From contig CATNEN010000010.1 in assembly GCA_950097015.1 (NCBI GenBank), positions 1,488,001 to 1,552,000 on the forward strand: 64,000 bases of DNA, written 5' to 3'. Below are positions 62,317-64,000 of this stretch, in pieces. Position 1 is the stretch's first letter, and every line of letters starts with the position of its first letter. The DNA comes from Macrostomum hystrix. Its lineage: Eukaryota; Animalia; Platyhelminthes. The notes beneath the pieces are model-generated. The model was not told the DNA's origin and searched no databases. It was given only the letters and a program-made list of their open reading frames with translations. The translations under genes and the position numbers were made by a program.

Positions 62317-64000
62317 AACTACAGTTCCTGCTTCGATTCTAACTACAGTTCCAGCTTCGATTCTACCTACAGTTCCTGCTTCGATTCTACTTACAGTTCC
62401 AGCTTCGATTCTACCTACAGTTCCTGCTTCGAATCTAACTACAGTTCCTGCTTCGATTCTACCTACAGTTCCTGCTTCGATTCTACCTACAGTTCCTGCT
62501 TCGATTCTAACTACAGTTCCTGATTCGATTCTACCTACAGTTCCAGCTTCGATTCTACCTACAGTTCCTGCTTCGATTCTACTTACAGTTCCAGCTTCGA
62601 TTCTACCTACAGTTCCTGCTTCGAATCTAACTACAGTTCCTGATTCGATTCTACCTACAGTTCCTGCTTCGATTCTACCTACAGTTCCTGCTTCGATTCT
62701 ACCTACAGTTCCTGATTCGATTCTAACTACAGTTCCTGCTTTGATTCTTCCTTCAGTTCCTGATTCGATTCTACCTACAGTTCCTGATTCGAATCTAACT
62801 ACAGTTCCTGCTTCGATTCTAACTACAGTTCCAGCTTCGATTCTACCTACAGTTCCTGCTTCGATTCTACTTACAGTTCCTGCTTCGATTCTACCTACAG
62901 TTCCTGCTTCGAATCTAACTACAGTTCCTGATTCGATTCTACCTACAGTTCCTGCTTCGATTCTACCTACAGTTCCTGCTTCGATTCTACCTACAGTTCC
63001 TGATTCGATTCTAACTACAGTTCCTGCTTTGATTCTTCCTTCAGTTCCTGATTCGATTCTACCTACAGTTCCTGATTCGAATCTAACTACAGTTCCTGCT
63101 TCGATTCTACCTACAGTTCCTGCTTCGATTCTAACTACAGTTCCTGCTTCGATTCTACCTACAGTTCCTGCTTCGATTCTAAACTACAGTTCCAGCTTCG
63201 ATTCTACCTACAGTTCCTGCTTCGATTCTACTTACAGTTCCAGCTTCGATTCTACCTACAGTTCCTGCTTCGATTCTACCTACAGTTCCTGATTCGATTC
63301 TAACTACAGTTCCTGATTCGATTCTACTTACAGTTCCAGCTTCGATTCTACCTACAGTTCCTGCTTCGATTCTACTTACAGTTCCAGCTTCGATTCTACC
63401 TACAGTTCCTGCTTCGATTCTACCTACAGTTCCTGATTCGATTCTAACTACAGTTCCTGATTCGATTCTAACTACAGTTCCTGCTTCGAATCTAACTACA
63501 GTTCCTGCTTCGATTCTACCTACAGTTCCTGCTTCGATTCTACCTACAGTTCCTGCTTCGATTCTACCTACAGTTCCTGATTCGATTCTAACTACAGTTC
63601 CTGCTTTGATTCTTCCTTCAGTTTCTGATTCGATTCTACCTACAGTTCCTGATTCGAATCTAACTACAGTTCCTGCTTCGATTCTAACTACAGTTCCTGC
63701 TTCGATTCTACCTACAGTTCCTGCTTCGATTCTACCTACAGTTCCTGATTCGATTCTACCTACAGTTCCTGCTTCGATTCTACCTACAGTTCCTGCTTCG
63801 ATTCTACCTACAGTTCCTGCTTCGATTCTACCTACAGTTCCTGATTCGATTCTAACTACAGTTCCTGCTTGATTCTTCCTTCAGTTCCTGATTCGATTCT
63901 ACCTACAGTTCCTGATTCGAATCTAACTACAGTTCCTGCTTCGATTCTAACTACAGTTCCTGCTTCGATTCTAACTACAGTTCCTGCTTCGATTCTACCT
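62317..64000. repeat. 24-bp minisatellite/satellite array running off the window end
   Basis: Unit TTCGATTCTACCTACAGTTCCTGC with a few recurring variants; about 70 units in the window. Confidence 0.95.

Noticed and set aside
62179-63872. ORFs with ILPTVPAS or DSTYSSCF repeats
   Set aside because: They are by-products of a 24-bp unit lacking stops in some frames. They start at non-ATG codons, are broken by indels and have no splice context.

Overview
Eukaryotic (animal) genomic DNA with short GT-AG introns, GC-rich exons and AT-rich, transposon-laden spacers. The style resembles a free-living flatworm such as Macrostomum, but that is an inference I cannot confirm. The first 31 kb hold a tandem, mixed-orientation cluster of divergent Cys-loop (nAChR-like) cation-channel subunit genes sharing one six-exon plan: four intact, two lesioned full-length copies and three fragments. 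None keeps the acetylcholine-binding loop B Trp or loop C vicinal cysteines. All carry an extra conserved Cys near beta9 and another in the post-M4 tail. Manual splicing joins separate ORF-track entries into two ankyrin-repeat/caspase-domain fusion genes. One (2822-6012) keeps the His/Cys dyad but has a 1-nt frameshift; the other (35523-37151) is an intact pseudo-caspase. Further on are an inverted pair of near-identical divergent RPS24 genes, a TRIM2/3-like filamin-NHL gene without a visible RING/B-box, and a multi-exon coiled-coil gene with a 27-CAG polyQ tract. Mobile DNA includes two mariners (one intact with ~200-bp TIRs), two Buster-type hAT deletion derivatives, a Foldback/MULE-like element, Gypsy and DIRS/Ngaro remnants and a tRNA-derived SINE family. 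There are four tandem arrays. All calls come from reading the sequence and ORF track by eye; no database searches were run.
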